A DNA stretch of 56,696 nucleotides, filler included, from Bipalium vagum (taxonomy: Eukaryota): the NCBI GenBank assembly GCA_037834085.1. It is 3 parts of 3 records of this genome, joined end to end, with 100 filler letters (N's around TTAATTAATTAA, not from the genome) between each part and the next. Parts side by side here need not be neighbours in the genome. Positions count along the whole stretch, not along the records: positions 21,602 to 41,019 come from JBBMKC010003543.1; positions 41,120 to 56,696 come from JBBMKC010158765.1; 1 more part is not named here. One strand, written 5' to 3'. The notes beneath the pieces are model-generated. The model saw nothing but the letters and a program-made list of their open reading frames with translations. It ran no database searches and was not told the DNA's origin. A program made the translations under genes and the position numbers. Positions 37,230 through 49,959 of the stretch are shown here, piece after piece; position 1 is the stretch's first letter; the number at the start of each line of letters is the position of its first letter.

Positions 37230-39990
37230 AAAGAAGCTGAATTCAATCGAATATAGAAGCGTCATCAAATTTCTCGTATTTTGTGTAGAATTGAATGACA
37301 ATATTGACATTCAACAATCCGATACTTGTGAGTTAAATGTCCTTCAAAAATGACTATTTATTATTGGATTGCCGAATTTCATCAGAAAACGTGTTTATAA
37401 TGTTGAGCGCCTTGGTGGTATGTACTATACAAATTGAACAGAAGAATATTTAAAGAAACGAAGCGAGTAACTGGAAAAAACGAACGTAGAATTACCATCA
37501 AGGGCTGACAAGTGGGGTTAACTTTTTGGTACTATTGTACAAAAAAATATATACATACTAAAAAATAGTGTGTATGCAGAGTTTTTTGACTAAATACACA
37601 CTAAAAATAGTGTGTATGCAGGGTTTTTTTGACTAAATACACACTAAAAATAGGCATTTGATGACATCAGACATGTCTAATCCCTTTTAGAAAAACATCA
37701 TTTTCTGCAGAATTTTGTGATTAATAAATTTAATTAATTTGTGATAATATATAAATGTTCTGTATTAATTTATGCAAATTAATTAAAGAAACAGACAACA
37801 TGACATTAATAATATACACACACTATATACACTTTGTTTTATTTATATACATTTTAATTTAATACACACTATTTTATTGCGTGTGTATATTTTATGTATA
37901 TATATATGACTATTTTTATTTAAATACATTTTATTTTAATATGGCTACTATTAATTCACTTGATGCATTGAAGAATATGACCATCACAGATATAAGTAAT
38001 ATTTATTTATTATTAATTAAAAATAATTTATTATTCAGCAACCAAAATAAATTTACCGGAAGATTTTGTAGATTGGCTATGAAAATTGGAATTAATCCAT
38101 CATATTCGAATATGGTATAACTGTGGAAATCCAATGACATTGTCAAGGAATGTGAACAAATGGATATGTCATCGCCGGAATTGCCGTGTTCAATGTTTAA
38201 GGACACATTCTTCGAAAATGCGCACATTCCAATAAAGAAAACAATACTTTTAATTTTCTTTGGTGCCATGAATTAGGAACGATAGCGGAGCAAGAATATC
38301 AAATTGGAATATCTCAAAAATCCATAGTGCAGTGGAATCAATATTTTCGAGACATATTCGTCACTGACAAAAAATTGGAGGAATTGGAAAAATAGTCGAA
38401 ATTGATGAGACATGTGTCTCCAAAAGAAAAAAAAGACATAGGGAGAATTATACGTCCTAATCAATGGGTGTTTGGTGGTAAAGAACGTGGATTCCCCAAT
38501 TCATTTTTAATGCTCGTGGAAAAGCGAGATGCCAGTACTCTCCTACCAATTATTTAGCAGTACATTCTTCCCGGTAATTATTATTCTAATTTTCGTAAAT
38601 ATTCATAACAATAAATTTGTCCCAGGTACCATAATAATGTCAGACCTGTGGGCCTCGTATGGCGGGATTAGAAATCTGCCGCAGGGGTATTCACACTTCA
38701 CGGTAAACCATTCACAACTGGAGCTCATACCCAAAATGTGGAGAACATGTGGATCTTCAAAAAAAAGATTATCTGCAGGAATTCTTGTGGAGGCAGAAAT
38801 TCGGCAATCGATCCGAAATATTCTACCAATTTTGGTCCCATGTACAGTTGACATATTGTTATAAATAAATTTTTAAAAAATAGTTGTTATTATTATTATT
38901 GTCATGTTGTCTGTTTCTTTAAAAAATATTTTTAAAAATCAACTTACCCAACATCAAGACTAATTTGCATAAATTAATACAGAACATTTATATATTATCA
39001 CAATATAAGAACCACGAGTATGAAAAAATTTTCGAAAAAATCAAGATTATTGTTTTTATTAATTTTTAAATCTACTATTACATCACAGGGGTTTTTTGTT
39101 GTCAACCTGTTTATAAATTCAAATGTCATCAAATGACTATTTTTAGTGTGTATTTAGTCAAAAAATCCCTGCATACACACACTATTTTTAGTGTGTATAT
39201 TTTAATGGAAATACACACTACACAGGGTTTTGTTTTGTACAATAGTACCAACTCTTTCTTGCACAAAACGTTAGAAACATTATCATCTCTCGGAATTAGC
39301 AAGTTGTCATTGAGATTTGTCCAACGTTTCCTCACTCCAGAGATGTTTGAAGATCGCCTACACAGTTATCAGAACAACATGGTTAATAGTTTCTTAAGAA
39401 TATTGATTGTGAATGAAAAGCCTCTTACATACCTCACAGCAAACGAGATTCTTGAAGGGATACTCAAATCAGAGAAATGGAAAATGAGATTAGGTTTTTC
39501 TCACCAGTGAGCATTGATGCTTACTATTATCTGTAAATGAAGTAGACCCATAAAAGTAAATTTTGTTGACAAGTACGTTAAGATAAACAGTGCTTTCTTC
39601 GTTGAGCTGATCGCTCAGAAATGCTTTCTACGACGAAAGCCTACAGGCCTATTCCTAGGGCTCTTGCAAGACAATGCACAAATCTGCAAGTCTTCTCTTC
39701 TCCACTGCCATCATTAATGCTGGTTTTACTGTTGTCTCATCCACCATAATTTGTAGCTTTTTTGATATTTGAAAAAGGAAATCCAAGGCAGACAATTCCA
39801 ATAATCTATTGTCTGATTTTAAAGCTGGCAGTGATGTAATTTTTATCAGAGCGTGAGAACAATATCTACCAAGGAGTGTTTTAAAAATTCGTGCATCGGT
39901 GGGAGAAGTGTATCTTGAACAACTGCAGTTATAATGAAAAACAAATGTATATTTTCTAATTATTCATTTTTATTAAAACTGATTGCTTGA
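37230..39990 (+). mobile_element. mariner pseudogene hosting the Merlin insertion (parts 37230-37527 and 39250-39990)
   Basis: IEYRSVIKFL and TIYYWIAEF before; LGISKLSLRFVQRFLT, LLQDNA, HRWEKCILNN after. Confidence 0.8.
37528..39249 (+). mobile_element. Merlin (IS1016/IS1595-like) DNA transposon, full-length, pseudogenised, with long TIRs and an intron
   Basis: TIR GGTACTATTGTACAAAA / TTTTGTACAATAGTACC; 8-bp TSD AACTTTTT / AACTCTTT; KIGGIGKIVEIDE, QWVFGGKERG, KRDASTLLPII, ILPG^TIIMSDLWASY, HFTVNHS, HTQNVENMW. Confidence 0.92.
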
Positions 39991-40881
39991 GTGTTGCCTA
40001 TTATACCTAACCCGGGTACTTAGGATACTTATCACGTATATCCTTTAGAGCAGTATCTGGTCCACGTGCTACACTTGGTAAAGGTATATTAGAAAACTGG
40101 ATAGATGCTTACCAACTGTTAAATCTGGACCTTGTAACAAATGGAACGTAGATGAAACAAATAAACAATAATAAAAAGTCTGTTAAATGAGCGCTTAACT
40201 ATTCGTCTTCTTTGTTATAGCACCAGAAAAGATTCAATCCATTTGTAATTAGAAAATCCACAATGCTCAGAGCTTTTAACAAAACGATTTCCAATTATAT
40301 TAAAGCTTAGATGATATCTAATTTCTTTAGTGATTATTTGAAATTGTAATAGTTAATATAATATATATCATATTAATTCTAACCCGTAAATTTATAAATA
40401 AAGCATTTATAGTAAAAGAAATTCAGTTTGTATGTTAATTCTGATTCTAAAAAGATTCATTTAAATTTCCAAGATAAAATTTTTATAATTTTATTTCAAT
40501 CAATAATTTCCTGGATAAAGTTTGGTTTTATATTTGTGGAAATATCATATTTTCATTTATTGTGCAATCGAATAATATGAATATCAATGATTTGAATACA
40601 GACAATAAAGAAAGTTGAGATAGGAATTCGTTTAACATGGCGAAACTTGAGCTTATTGATTCGTTGTATATATTCTTTAATATATTTTTTTACTTAGCTG
40701 CTTATAATTTATTAGACTTGGCGCAACTAATAAGAATTTTATGATTTTCAATTTATCAAATTAATTTTTTAGTGTACCTAAATTAAAAAGATTTTAACAA
40801 AATGAATAATTTTAGTATTTTAAATAAATTTATTACTTAATAAAAATATTATAAAGTGTAATATTAAATATTATATTTATA

Positions 40882-41019
40882 CAGTGAAACCTGGTTAGAT
40901 TGAACACCATCGGTCGGACAAAAAATGTTCAATGTAGACAGATGTTCATTCTGGGGAGGTGTGTCTAAAATTTCACTAAAATCGAAGGTATAAAACAAAT
41001 ATTTTATTAAATAAAATGT
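40882..41019. mobile_element. pogo/Tigger-type terminus running into gap
   Basis: TA|CAGTGAAACCTGGTTAGATTGAACACC, closely similar to the TIR at 36500. Confidence 0.7.
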
Positions 41020-41119
41020 NNNNNNNNNNNNNNNNNNNNNNNNNNNNNNNNNNNNNNNNNNNNTTAATTAATTAANNNNNNNNNNNNNNNNNNNNNNNNN
41101 NNNNNNNNNNNNNNNNNNN
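41020..41119. other. Assembly gap (N run with TTAATTAATTAA linker)
   Basis: Same artificial 100-nt linker as 21502-21601. Confidence 0.97.
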
Positions 41120-41754
41120 AATTTTTAATTAACTTCATTAAATTAAGCACAATCGAAAGTAATGTTTATTTCAGTACAAAATATACTTAATATTAACAAA
41201 AATTAATATTTTGATTTAAATATTTTGATTTAATATAAAGCGAATGTTATCCCTGAAATTTTATACATTTTTAAACTTTACCATTCTTTAAATTAAAATA
41301 TTTTTAATAACCTTTAAATTTATATTTCAATATATTACTTTGGAATTTATACGAAATTTTTATAATATTCTTTTTATTTTAAATTTTAAAATGAAGAAAA
41401 AAATGAAATGAAAATATAAAAATATAATTTTATTACAAATTTTCTACTTTAAAAATTAAATGTGAATTTTAAACGCTGTTTGAGATGAGTAAAAATTGAA
41501 AATAAAAATATTTTAAGCTCATTAATTTCATAATTCAGTTAGCTTTTATTGATTCAAAGTTTTTATTAAAATTTTTAATCTGTATAATCCAAATTTTAAA
41601 TTAAGAATAATTATAATTTCAATAAAACAAAAAATTCACATTATTATTTAAATTGATTTTTATTCAGTTTTTTCCAAATAAAACAATGATAGTACTTAAT
41701 TGAATAAGTTAATAATATTTAAAACAGAAAGTCAATTTGAAAAACAGATTACAG

Positions 41755-41935
41755 AAATAATATAATAATAAATAATATAATATTAAATTATATAATAATA
41801 AATATTCCAATAAATTATATAATAATACAATAATACAATAATAAATGATATAATAATAAATATTCTAATAAATAATGTAAAAAAATAATATAATAATAAA
41901 TTAAATAATAATAAATAATATATATATATATATAT
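41755..41935. repeat. AT-rich degenerate minisatellite (TAATAATAAAT..-type)
   Basis: Repeated ATATAATAATAAAT variants ending in (TA)n. Confidence 0.7.
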
Positions 41936-42303
41936 TGGAAATTAACAAAATGAACAAAAGAAAAAAATGCCAATTTTTATCAGATAATGAAAATTTAGAT
42001 TGAGATCTTCATAAAATAGTACTACCATTAATGAGCTGCCTTTGAAGTTTGAGTGGTGTTTGGATAATAATGGTACAATGGTGAACATTTTAAACCAACA
42101 TCATTCGAGAATTATTCAATTTATGGAATTAGTTGTTTAATTTATTAAATTACGCTGGAAAGCCCAAAGAAAAGTGAACAAAATATAATTATCAATGACT
42201 GAGCAGTGCATTTGTTTCACTCCTAAGTGTGGGTACGCGACGAATCTCAACTCTACAAATAAACGTTATAAATAATAAATTGTGAACAATGTGTCGGTAA
42301 TAG

Positions 42304-42620
42304 TATTAGGTGTACAAGTTGAAAATGACGATTTAATAAACGAATATTTCCACTGAATTAAATAAATTGTTTTAATATTCATATCTTTTTGTTTATATAA
42401 TATTTTCACGCGCTTTCATTCAAAATATATCACAAAATTGAGTGTAATAAAATACTTAATAATAATAATAAATTAAATTAATAAATAAATAAATACTTAA
42501 TAATAATAAATGTGTCTTAATTTCCACACGCTTTATTTTTCTGTATCTTCAAAAGAAAAAAGCAATTGAGAGTTTTTGAATTATAGTGGAAACTTATGGT
42601 GACAAACTCCTATCTCCTAA
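42304..42620 (+). mobile_element. mariner 5' end (Mos1-like TIR plus transposase start)
   Basis: TATTAGGTGTACAAGTTGAAAATGACG resembles the Mos1 TIR; FLYLQKKKAIESF*IIVETYGD. Confidence 0.7.
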
Positions 42621-42639
42621 AATAGATAGAAATTATGTA

Positions 42640-43420
42640 TTTATCAAAATTGGCACGGAAAATCGTACACAGAAGCATAAACTGAATCATGAGTAACGTT
42701 TCTGTCTGGTGTGAGGTTGTTAATTTAACAATTAAAAGCAGATAAAGCTTTAAGTAAATAGAGATTTCTGTCATTATAAGTGAGGATGTATTTTGTAAAT
42801 AATTTGATGGAAAATATATTTTCCATTGTATTTGCTCAAAGATACCCTCGTTGTTGTTCATCTCAAAAATGTGTCTGTAAGAAAGCTACAGTGATAGAAT
42901 AGTAAAGAAAATCCTAATCTTAATTTTTTTATTTATATTTTCAAGTAAAGAATAATTTTGAAATACCATAAGTCACGATATCACCATAAAATATGTGACC
43001 AATGTCTAAGGCTTTAGTCCTAGTTAAGACTATACATAAATAAATCTTAACATAACTCGTAGAGCACTCAACAAATAACGTTTTGCGGAAAGGGTAAAGT
43101 TAGCGCAGAAGAAATCAGAATACTTGTGAGTCATTTCGATAAAAATGATGAATGAAAGATATCTGAATCATTATTAATAAAAGAACGACAAACAGAGATT
43201 AATACTCAAATAGCAAAAATCAATAGATTGCCAATGTGTTCTCTGATTAATTAAAAATACTATTTAAAAATTTAAAACCGAATAATCATAATGATTTTAA
43301 CCAATCAGAATTTGAATTAACAGTTTGTGATTATCTAATAGATTAAAATTCTTATTAAAACATATTAATGACTGACGAAGAACTGAGATAAAGTTCGAAA
43401 CATGTTTCATAATAATAAAT
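42640..43420 (+). mobile_element. Penelope-like element 3' remnant (GIY-YIG endonuclease end plus terminal region)
   Basis: CDQC..VKTIHK..LVEH, then EEIRILVSHFDKNDE*KISESLLIKERQTEINTQ (PLE endonuclease C-terminus ESL.I....LN.Q), followed by a hammerhead motif. Confidence 0.7.
43368..43410 (+). ncRNA. Minimal type I hammerhead ribozyme (Penelope-associated)
   Basis: ATGA-CTGACGA-A-GAACT-gagataa-AGTTC-GAAA-CATGTT-TCAT: core CUGANGA/GAAA, 5-bp stem II, palindromic ACATGT stem III, GUU triplet, 4-bp stem I. Confidence 0.75.
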
Positions 43421-43591
43421 TTTGTAAAATATTTTGTTTTAAGCTGATGAGAAGCGTTTAATGGAAAAATAAGTTGATTATTTTCACAAGATTAAAATTA
43501 ATAAATATTTAAATCAATTTGTTATATATTTGGACATTTTCACATATTTACCAATAATTATACATCAATATATGAACTCTTTAACCTTTAG

Positions 43592-43684
43592 ATAAACCAG
43601 GTGAACCATGGATAGTAAATGAACATTCTATTACGATTTTAAAAGGAGATCCATTTCAGTTAAAATGTTCATTTAATGATAAAA
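43592..43684 (+). CDS. Immunoglobulin-superfamily protein exon (first half of an Ig domain)
   Basis: ctttag|ATAAAC...AAAA|gtaagt; 93 nt, phase 1 to 1; KPGEPWIVNEHSITILKGDPFQLKCSFNDK (B-strand Cys). Confidence 0.8.
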
Positions 43685-44149
43685 GTAAGTCTACATTTTC
43701 TTTTTATTGATAAAAATAAAAGAACCTTATCGTTGGTATTTTATGCCTTTGCAAAAGATGGGAAATGTTTCAATAAATGTCATAAAGTAAACTTATTCTA
43801 GTTTTATCAATAAAAAATGCTAAAAAGTCCGCCGTCAATATCATTAGGCCTCGTCTCTGGTTGTTTTTATGAGTATTAAAACATAATTAAAACCATGGAA
43901 ATGTCTTTGAAGGACATTAGTTTGTTGTGTAAAGAGAATATTTAGACATTTTCTTATAATTTCATTGATTATATTTTCATTTCTCCACGATTTCATTATG
44001 AAATTGTGATCTTTTTTCCGATCCACTGAAATATTTATTTTAACCAATCAATAAAATCCAAAATAAAAATTAAATCGGTTAATAATATTAATAAACAACG
44101 AAACTTATTCCATTTTAAAGATGATTATTTTATTGATTAATTAATTATT

Positions 44150-44420
44150 AATTAAACCAGTAAATATTAAGTGGTTATCTGGAAGGATAAATTACCAAAC
44201 CAGATTTCATCTTGGGTAATGCAATTTCATCACATTTTTTTATTTCTTTTTTCTTCACAAAGTGAAATTCATCAGAACGATTCCAAGCCAAGGGAAATTG
44301 TTGAATAATTAATCAGACTTGGGAAAGTCGTTTCACATCTCAAAAGTTTCAACAGGCCATGGATCATTATCACTATTATTATTATTGAAAACACTGCTTA
44401 ATTTCCATTATGAAATAGGA
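44150..44420 (-). mobile_element. Decayed mariner remnant
   Basis: DNDPWP...CITQDEIW resemble EDDPRSG and ITGDETW. Confidence 0.35.
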
Positions 44421-45269
44421 GACATCGATATGAATGAATTTAAGAATAATCTGAAGCCATCATTCATTGAATCAGAAGCCAGGATGGCCAGTGAATGAAT
44501 GAAGATACCGTTTCAGACGAACGGATGAAGTAAAAAGAGCTCTGAACAAAAAACAATTAACAAACTATTTCTCGTTGTAAAATTTACAAAAGGCAATTGT
44601 TGAAAATATAAAGCTGAAATAAAATATGTAGAAAGTGAACAGTGAATATTTTTATGACCATCAAACTCGCAGATGTCTTCTGTCAGTTGTATGAACAGTA
44701 CAATTTGTACTAAAAGTAGTTTCAAACATCATTTTATATTACTTTATTTAAATTCAAACAAATAATAATAAAAATTTTATTATATGTATTTATATAATAT
44801 TTATTACAATGTTAACTTTATTTATTTATATTTTAATTTCTGAAAAATTTTTATTTTAATTTTTAATATTGTAGAATTTTTGTTATAAATTTTAATATTT
44901 ATTTCTTATATTTTTTATTAAAAATTATTTCCATTATTAATTTTATTATTTTTATATATGTATTATTGTCCATTTTTTAATATTTAATATTATTATTTAT
45001 AGTTTTTACTATATAAATTTGTTTATATTTTTGTTATATTTTATTGAAAAAAAATTTAAAATTGTGAATCATTTAAAAAAATATTTTTATAAAATTTTAA
45101 ATATATAAAATTAGAATTAAAATCATTGATTTTCAGGGATTTTAAAACAAATCGATTAAAAAAAAATTATTTAGAATTTTATTAAACGTCTTTATTTGGA
45201 ATATTACTTGAATTTTATAAAATCACTTTAAAAATTCACATTTGGATATTATTAATTATTATATTAATA

Positions 45270-45562
45270 ATAATTATAATTAATTAATATTTGATTGATT
45301 AATTAAAATTTTTTAATTATTTAACTTTCTTTAATTTAAATTTATTTTATGGACAAGTTAAACATTTATTTTTGTAATTTAGAATTTAATTATTACACCC
45401 TTTTTATTAATAATAATGATAATTAATTAATATTCGATTGATTAATTAATAATTGATAATTAATTAAAATTATTTAATTGAGACTTTTTATAAATTAAAT
45501 TTATTTTAAGGACAATTAAAACAATAATTTTATTAATTTTGAAATTAATTATTACACCCTCA
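45270..45562. repeat. Imperfect tandem duplication, period about 160 bp
   Basis: Anchors TTATTTTA(T/A)GGACAA (about 45342 / 45501) and AATTATTACACCCT (about 45388 / 45548) recur. Confidence 0.65.
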
Positions 45563-46984
45563 TTTTATCATCACCATCCATATACTTTTTATAAAAATTT
45601 GTTTTAATAATTCAATCACATAATTTCCACATTGTAAATCGAAATAGAATTCTTTTTTTATAAATTGTCAATATAACTTGATAATATTATTGAGTTCATT
45701 TAAAGCAAAGAAAATCCACAATTATTTTAATCACTTAATTATATTTTTAAGTCGGATCACTAAACTCATTATAAATAGCATAGGAATTACATTATATATT
45801 GATCTTCTGCAAATTCTATCATTATATGACATTGCTGCCCTCTCCCGCTATATTCTTAATAAAAGACTAAGAGATCTCTTCAACAGAAGAGCTTTTAAAA
45901 ACAAAAAGACATTTCATCTACTGATTCAATTTCAATTCCGTTTAAGAAAGACAAATATAAGCCGATTTCGTTCGTAAAACAAATGCAATCCATTACAGTA
46001 CAAATTTGTCTTACTTATTTCATCGTTATGTATATGTTGAAAATTGATAGAATGAGCCCATCAAAGATCAGAAATCTGTGACAAATTCTCCTTCTAATTC
46101 ACAATTTCCTACAGTCGTAGAATCAGTTTACAAATTCTCCTTATCAAATAAATTATCAATTTAAAAATATTTCCATGTCCTAAAGTGATCGACTGTGTTT
46201 ATTTATTTCCTTTAATTCTTTCATGTTGAATTTTTTGAAATGTTTTACTCATTTAATTTATGTGGGTTATTTTGGACATTAATTCAATTTTTTATATATC
46301 TCATTTTGGGAAACATTTCTGAACAATTTTCGTACAAGAATATCAAATGATATTAAAGGACAGATCTAAAATTATAAAAATTAATATTATATAATGTTTT
46401 GTTTTACTGTTTCAAATTTTATAAATTTGGCATCATTTTAAAAATGTTTACAAAACCTCATGTGTGGAAAATTTAGACGAATAAAATTGAAATTTGGGAA
46501 TACTGAACAGAAAAGAACGAGAAATGTGAATAGGTCTGTCAATATCATTGGCTCTGTCAGACCCACAGATTACCGTACAGAAACTTTCAAATTAATTTAA
46601 AGTTTCAATTTCAATAATTTTCCAGCATTTGCGAAAATATAGCTCAGTGAAAACTTAAGAAATATCTCATTTATTTAGTGATCTTTAAAAGCAAGCACGA
46701 TATGATATCTGTTTGAAGTTAATTTAAAGCACTACAGTTTACTCATTATTCTACCGTATAATTTCCTGTGAGGAAAAATGGATTCTTTATGACAACAACT
46801 ATAACAACAAAGTTATCGTTTCTTACAAACAATTATTAAATTGGAATTATAAATGTACTGAAAACCTCTTAATGAATAAGTAACTTTAGGTTTAAAGTAT
46901 TGAATTTTCACTTTCGTTAATTAATTTCCGAATTGTGTTATACCGATAATATTTCAAATATTATAAGAATTGGTACTGTACAAG

Positions 46985-47470
46985 ACCAATAAACGGAAAA
47001 TAAAGTGACACTAGGTGAAAATCCGACTCCAACAGCACGAGATGAATTACATCAAGAGAAAGTCTCTCTATTTTTTGTGGGATTATATTTGAATAATCCA
47101 TTTTGAACTATTAGAATGTGGTCAGAGAAATAATGCTGCAATTTATTGTGATCAATTGAAACGGTTACATCAACAGCGATGTTTAAACGACCAGCATTGA
47201 TAAACCGGAAAGGGATAATTTTCTTGCGGAATTATGCAATACTTCATTCCGAAAGAATGACCCAAGAGAAAGTTAGAAACCTGTGATGGAATGTTTTATC
47301 ATTCTTCCTATTCAATTGGCATAGCTTCGTCAGATTAATATTTATTCTCTATCTGGAAAATGATTTGAGAAAAAAGTCATTCCAAGATATTGATGATGTC
47401 AATTATTGAATAACTGCTTTCTTCGAATACAATGGTAGTAAATTTTTATAAATGAAATCGATAAGCTTGA
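46985..47470 (+). mobile_element. mariner catalytic/C-terminal remnant
   Basis: GENPTPTARDELHQEKVSLFLWD, HFELLECGQ, YCDQLKRL, RPALINRKGIIFL, YSIGIASSD*YLF. Confidence 0.8.
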
Positions 47471-47479
47471 AGAACGTTG

Positions 47480-47835
47480 AAAAACCTTTATCTGCTAAGC
47501 TAGTATTAAAATCATTGGCTTTTTGTAAAAAACAACATCGTGTCGATGTTGCTAAAGAGATGCTGGAGCAAATAGAAAATGATCCAACATTCATCAAGCG
47601 TATTATTACTGTTGATGAGACATCTGTTTACCAGTTTGATATGCTGACAAAGCAACAGTCCAGTAAAAGACGAACTCCGAATGAACCAGGACCTAAAAGA
47701 ATTCGACAAATGCAATCAAAAATCAAGACTCTGTTAAACGTTTTTATGGATTATCGTGGTGTAGTTCATCTTAAATTTCTCGCAGAAGATTGTACCGTAA
47801 TTTCAGACTATTATTTACAAGTTATGCGTCATAGT
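47480..47835 (+). mobile_element. mariner (irritans-like) middle fragment
   Basis: ORF 47452-47910: SAKLVLKSL..QHRVDVAKEML..DPTFIKRIITVDETSVYQFD..TKQQSS..DYRGVVH. Confidence 0.85.
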
Positions 47836-48940
47836 ATAATAAAAAAAATTACTGCAAGAAGAACAATAAGATTTTATATGTCCTATAAATTGCTATACAT
47901 CTCCTTCTGAAGTCTAAATAGGTTCTCAAAAATAATTCCTGTTTAATAAAACTTTCTATCAAGGTTTCCATTATATTTTCCTCTTTTTTATTAAGAAAAG
48001 AAGGGGACGAGAGGGAAATTCTCCTAAGTTTTTTTTAATATTATTAGAAAATTCACAAAAAAATTGCCTTACGTGATAAATCTTCAAACTTTTATAATCA
48101 AACCCGAGAAGCACATTTTCATAATTAAAACTTTATAATATCAAAATAATATATATATTATTAGAGATTAAATTTATTAATTTAATTATTTAATAATTAA
48201 TTGAGTTAAATAAAACAAAATTGAGATTAATTATAAATAAATAAATGAAGAAATAATGAGGAAGTTATCGTAAATTAAAGGTAAACGTTCTATTGATTAA
48301 TATTAAATTTTATGATGATATTTCTAAAGAACTCAGTTTTTCAATTAACTAATTTAATTAAATGGGTTCATATGAAGAACGACGTCGTTTAAAGTTTCAC
48401 GTTTTCTTTGAGAAAAAAAAACTTTTTAATTGTATCAACCCTGTCTCGCGAATTAGAGACCATGAGATACTTAATTATCTTTCTATTTTGTTTTTGTCGG
48501 TCATAATACTGACAAACAATAAGATCTCCTGATTGTAATCAATGATAATGATATTATAATGAAAACAATGAATCTCATTAACATTTTTCGTTTATGATAA
48601 ATTGGCAGTTCTTCTTCTTACATCTGTCTTGCGTGCTTTCCTCTTTAGCGGTCGGTTATAAACAATGTGTGACAATGGAAGAGAGGTTGATTTTGAGAAC
48701 AATTTGCGAAATTTGTTCTTTGGTTTTGTTCGTCCTCATTTCTCCGTTTATTATCTTACTTGGATGTCAGCTATTATTCCAAGCATGACGATAATAATTA
48801 TTATTCATATGTATCAAATATTCCTGTACATTATGCATCTAGGACAAAATAATAGACAACTTAATTAACACGTTCTTCACAATAATATTAGAAACCGAAA
48901 AAATAAAGATTTCATTTCATTCTGATTGGATTATATTTTT

Positions 48941-48980
48941 ATTTCTTCTTATTTCTTCTTATTTCTTCTTATTTCTTCTT
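48941..48980. repeat. (ATTTCTTCTT)x4 tandem repeat
   Basis: Four exact 10-bp units. Confidence 0.9.
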
Positions 48981-49699
48981 GGATAATTGACTCGTCAGTG
49001 ACCGGTATTAAAGTTATCGAAGTTTTTTTTATTGAAAAGAAATCCAATAATTGTCCAAATCATCCATATCATCATCATCGTCCATGTAGAAATAATTAAC
49101 TGTTGAAGATTAGATAATAAAATAAAATGATAATTCATTTCCGATATATTACGTGTCTTGGTTCTTTGTTTTAATCTTGAGTTTGTTTATTCTCATTTTC
49201 ATTGTCCTGATAAATTATGCATTTATTATCTATTCAGGTCTTGTGCCTTGAAATTTCTTCTATCTTCATCTGCAATATCGTTATTGTGATATGAATTAAT
49301 TAAAATATATTCCTTTACATGTTCGTTTTCTTTGAATTAATTAATAAATAAAACTGTTGATATGAAATATTGTTCTGTTATTTCCCCTTTCTGGTGATGT
49401 ACGTTATCCGTGTACACAGAAAAGTTCTTAATTATCTTATTGTATTGATTAGGCTCATTTTATAGTTAAAATGAAAAATTATTTTTTAAATTAATAATAT
49501 TATTTTAAATTTTTCAATGATATTGAAAATTTTATTGTAATAATCAATATTTCACTACAATAATAACATACTTTTTGGCAATATTATGAATTAAATTATT
49601 TTTATTAATTAATTGAGTTGGATCTTGAGTTTCCAACGAAATTCCTTATTTTCATTTAAAGTCTTTTTTTCATTACTTGATCTTCCTTGTTCTCCATTG

Positions 49700-49900
49700 A
49701 ATATTTTCCCTCTTTTTTCCGACTTCAGAAATTTTTTTTGACTGATCACTAAACATTTAGCTTCACATGTGACTTGACAGGGATTATAGGCTGTTTTCTA
49801 TTTAAAGGTCTTTTTTAATTGAATTAATTGCGCTATATAATCAATTTCTAATCCCCAGTTATCACGAAATCCACGAAATCTTCATTTTATTTTCCTTGAA
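49700..49900 (-). mobile_element. mariner remnant
   Basis: DFVDFVITGD*KLII...PLNRKQP. Confidence 0.4.
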
Positions 49901-49959
49901 ATGAGTTTTTATAAATTGAAAAATATTAAATATTAGTAAAGCCTCTTCGTTTAGGCTTT

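Noticed and set aside
37555-37655. Roughly 41-bp repeats that could be taken for a CRISPR array
   Set aside because: Head-to-tail tandem units without unique spacers, mirrored at the other end of the Merlin element; eukaryotic context with no cas genes
44245-44285. Minus-strand CTGATGA..TTCAC/GTGAA..GAAA hammerhead-like motif
   Set aside because: No stem III or cleavage triplet, and it lies within a mariner coding remnant
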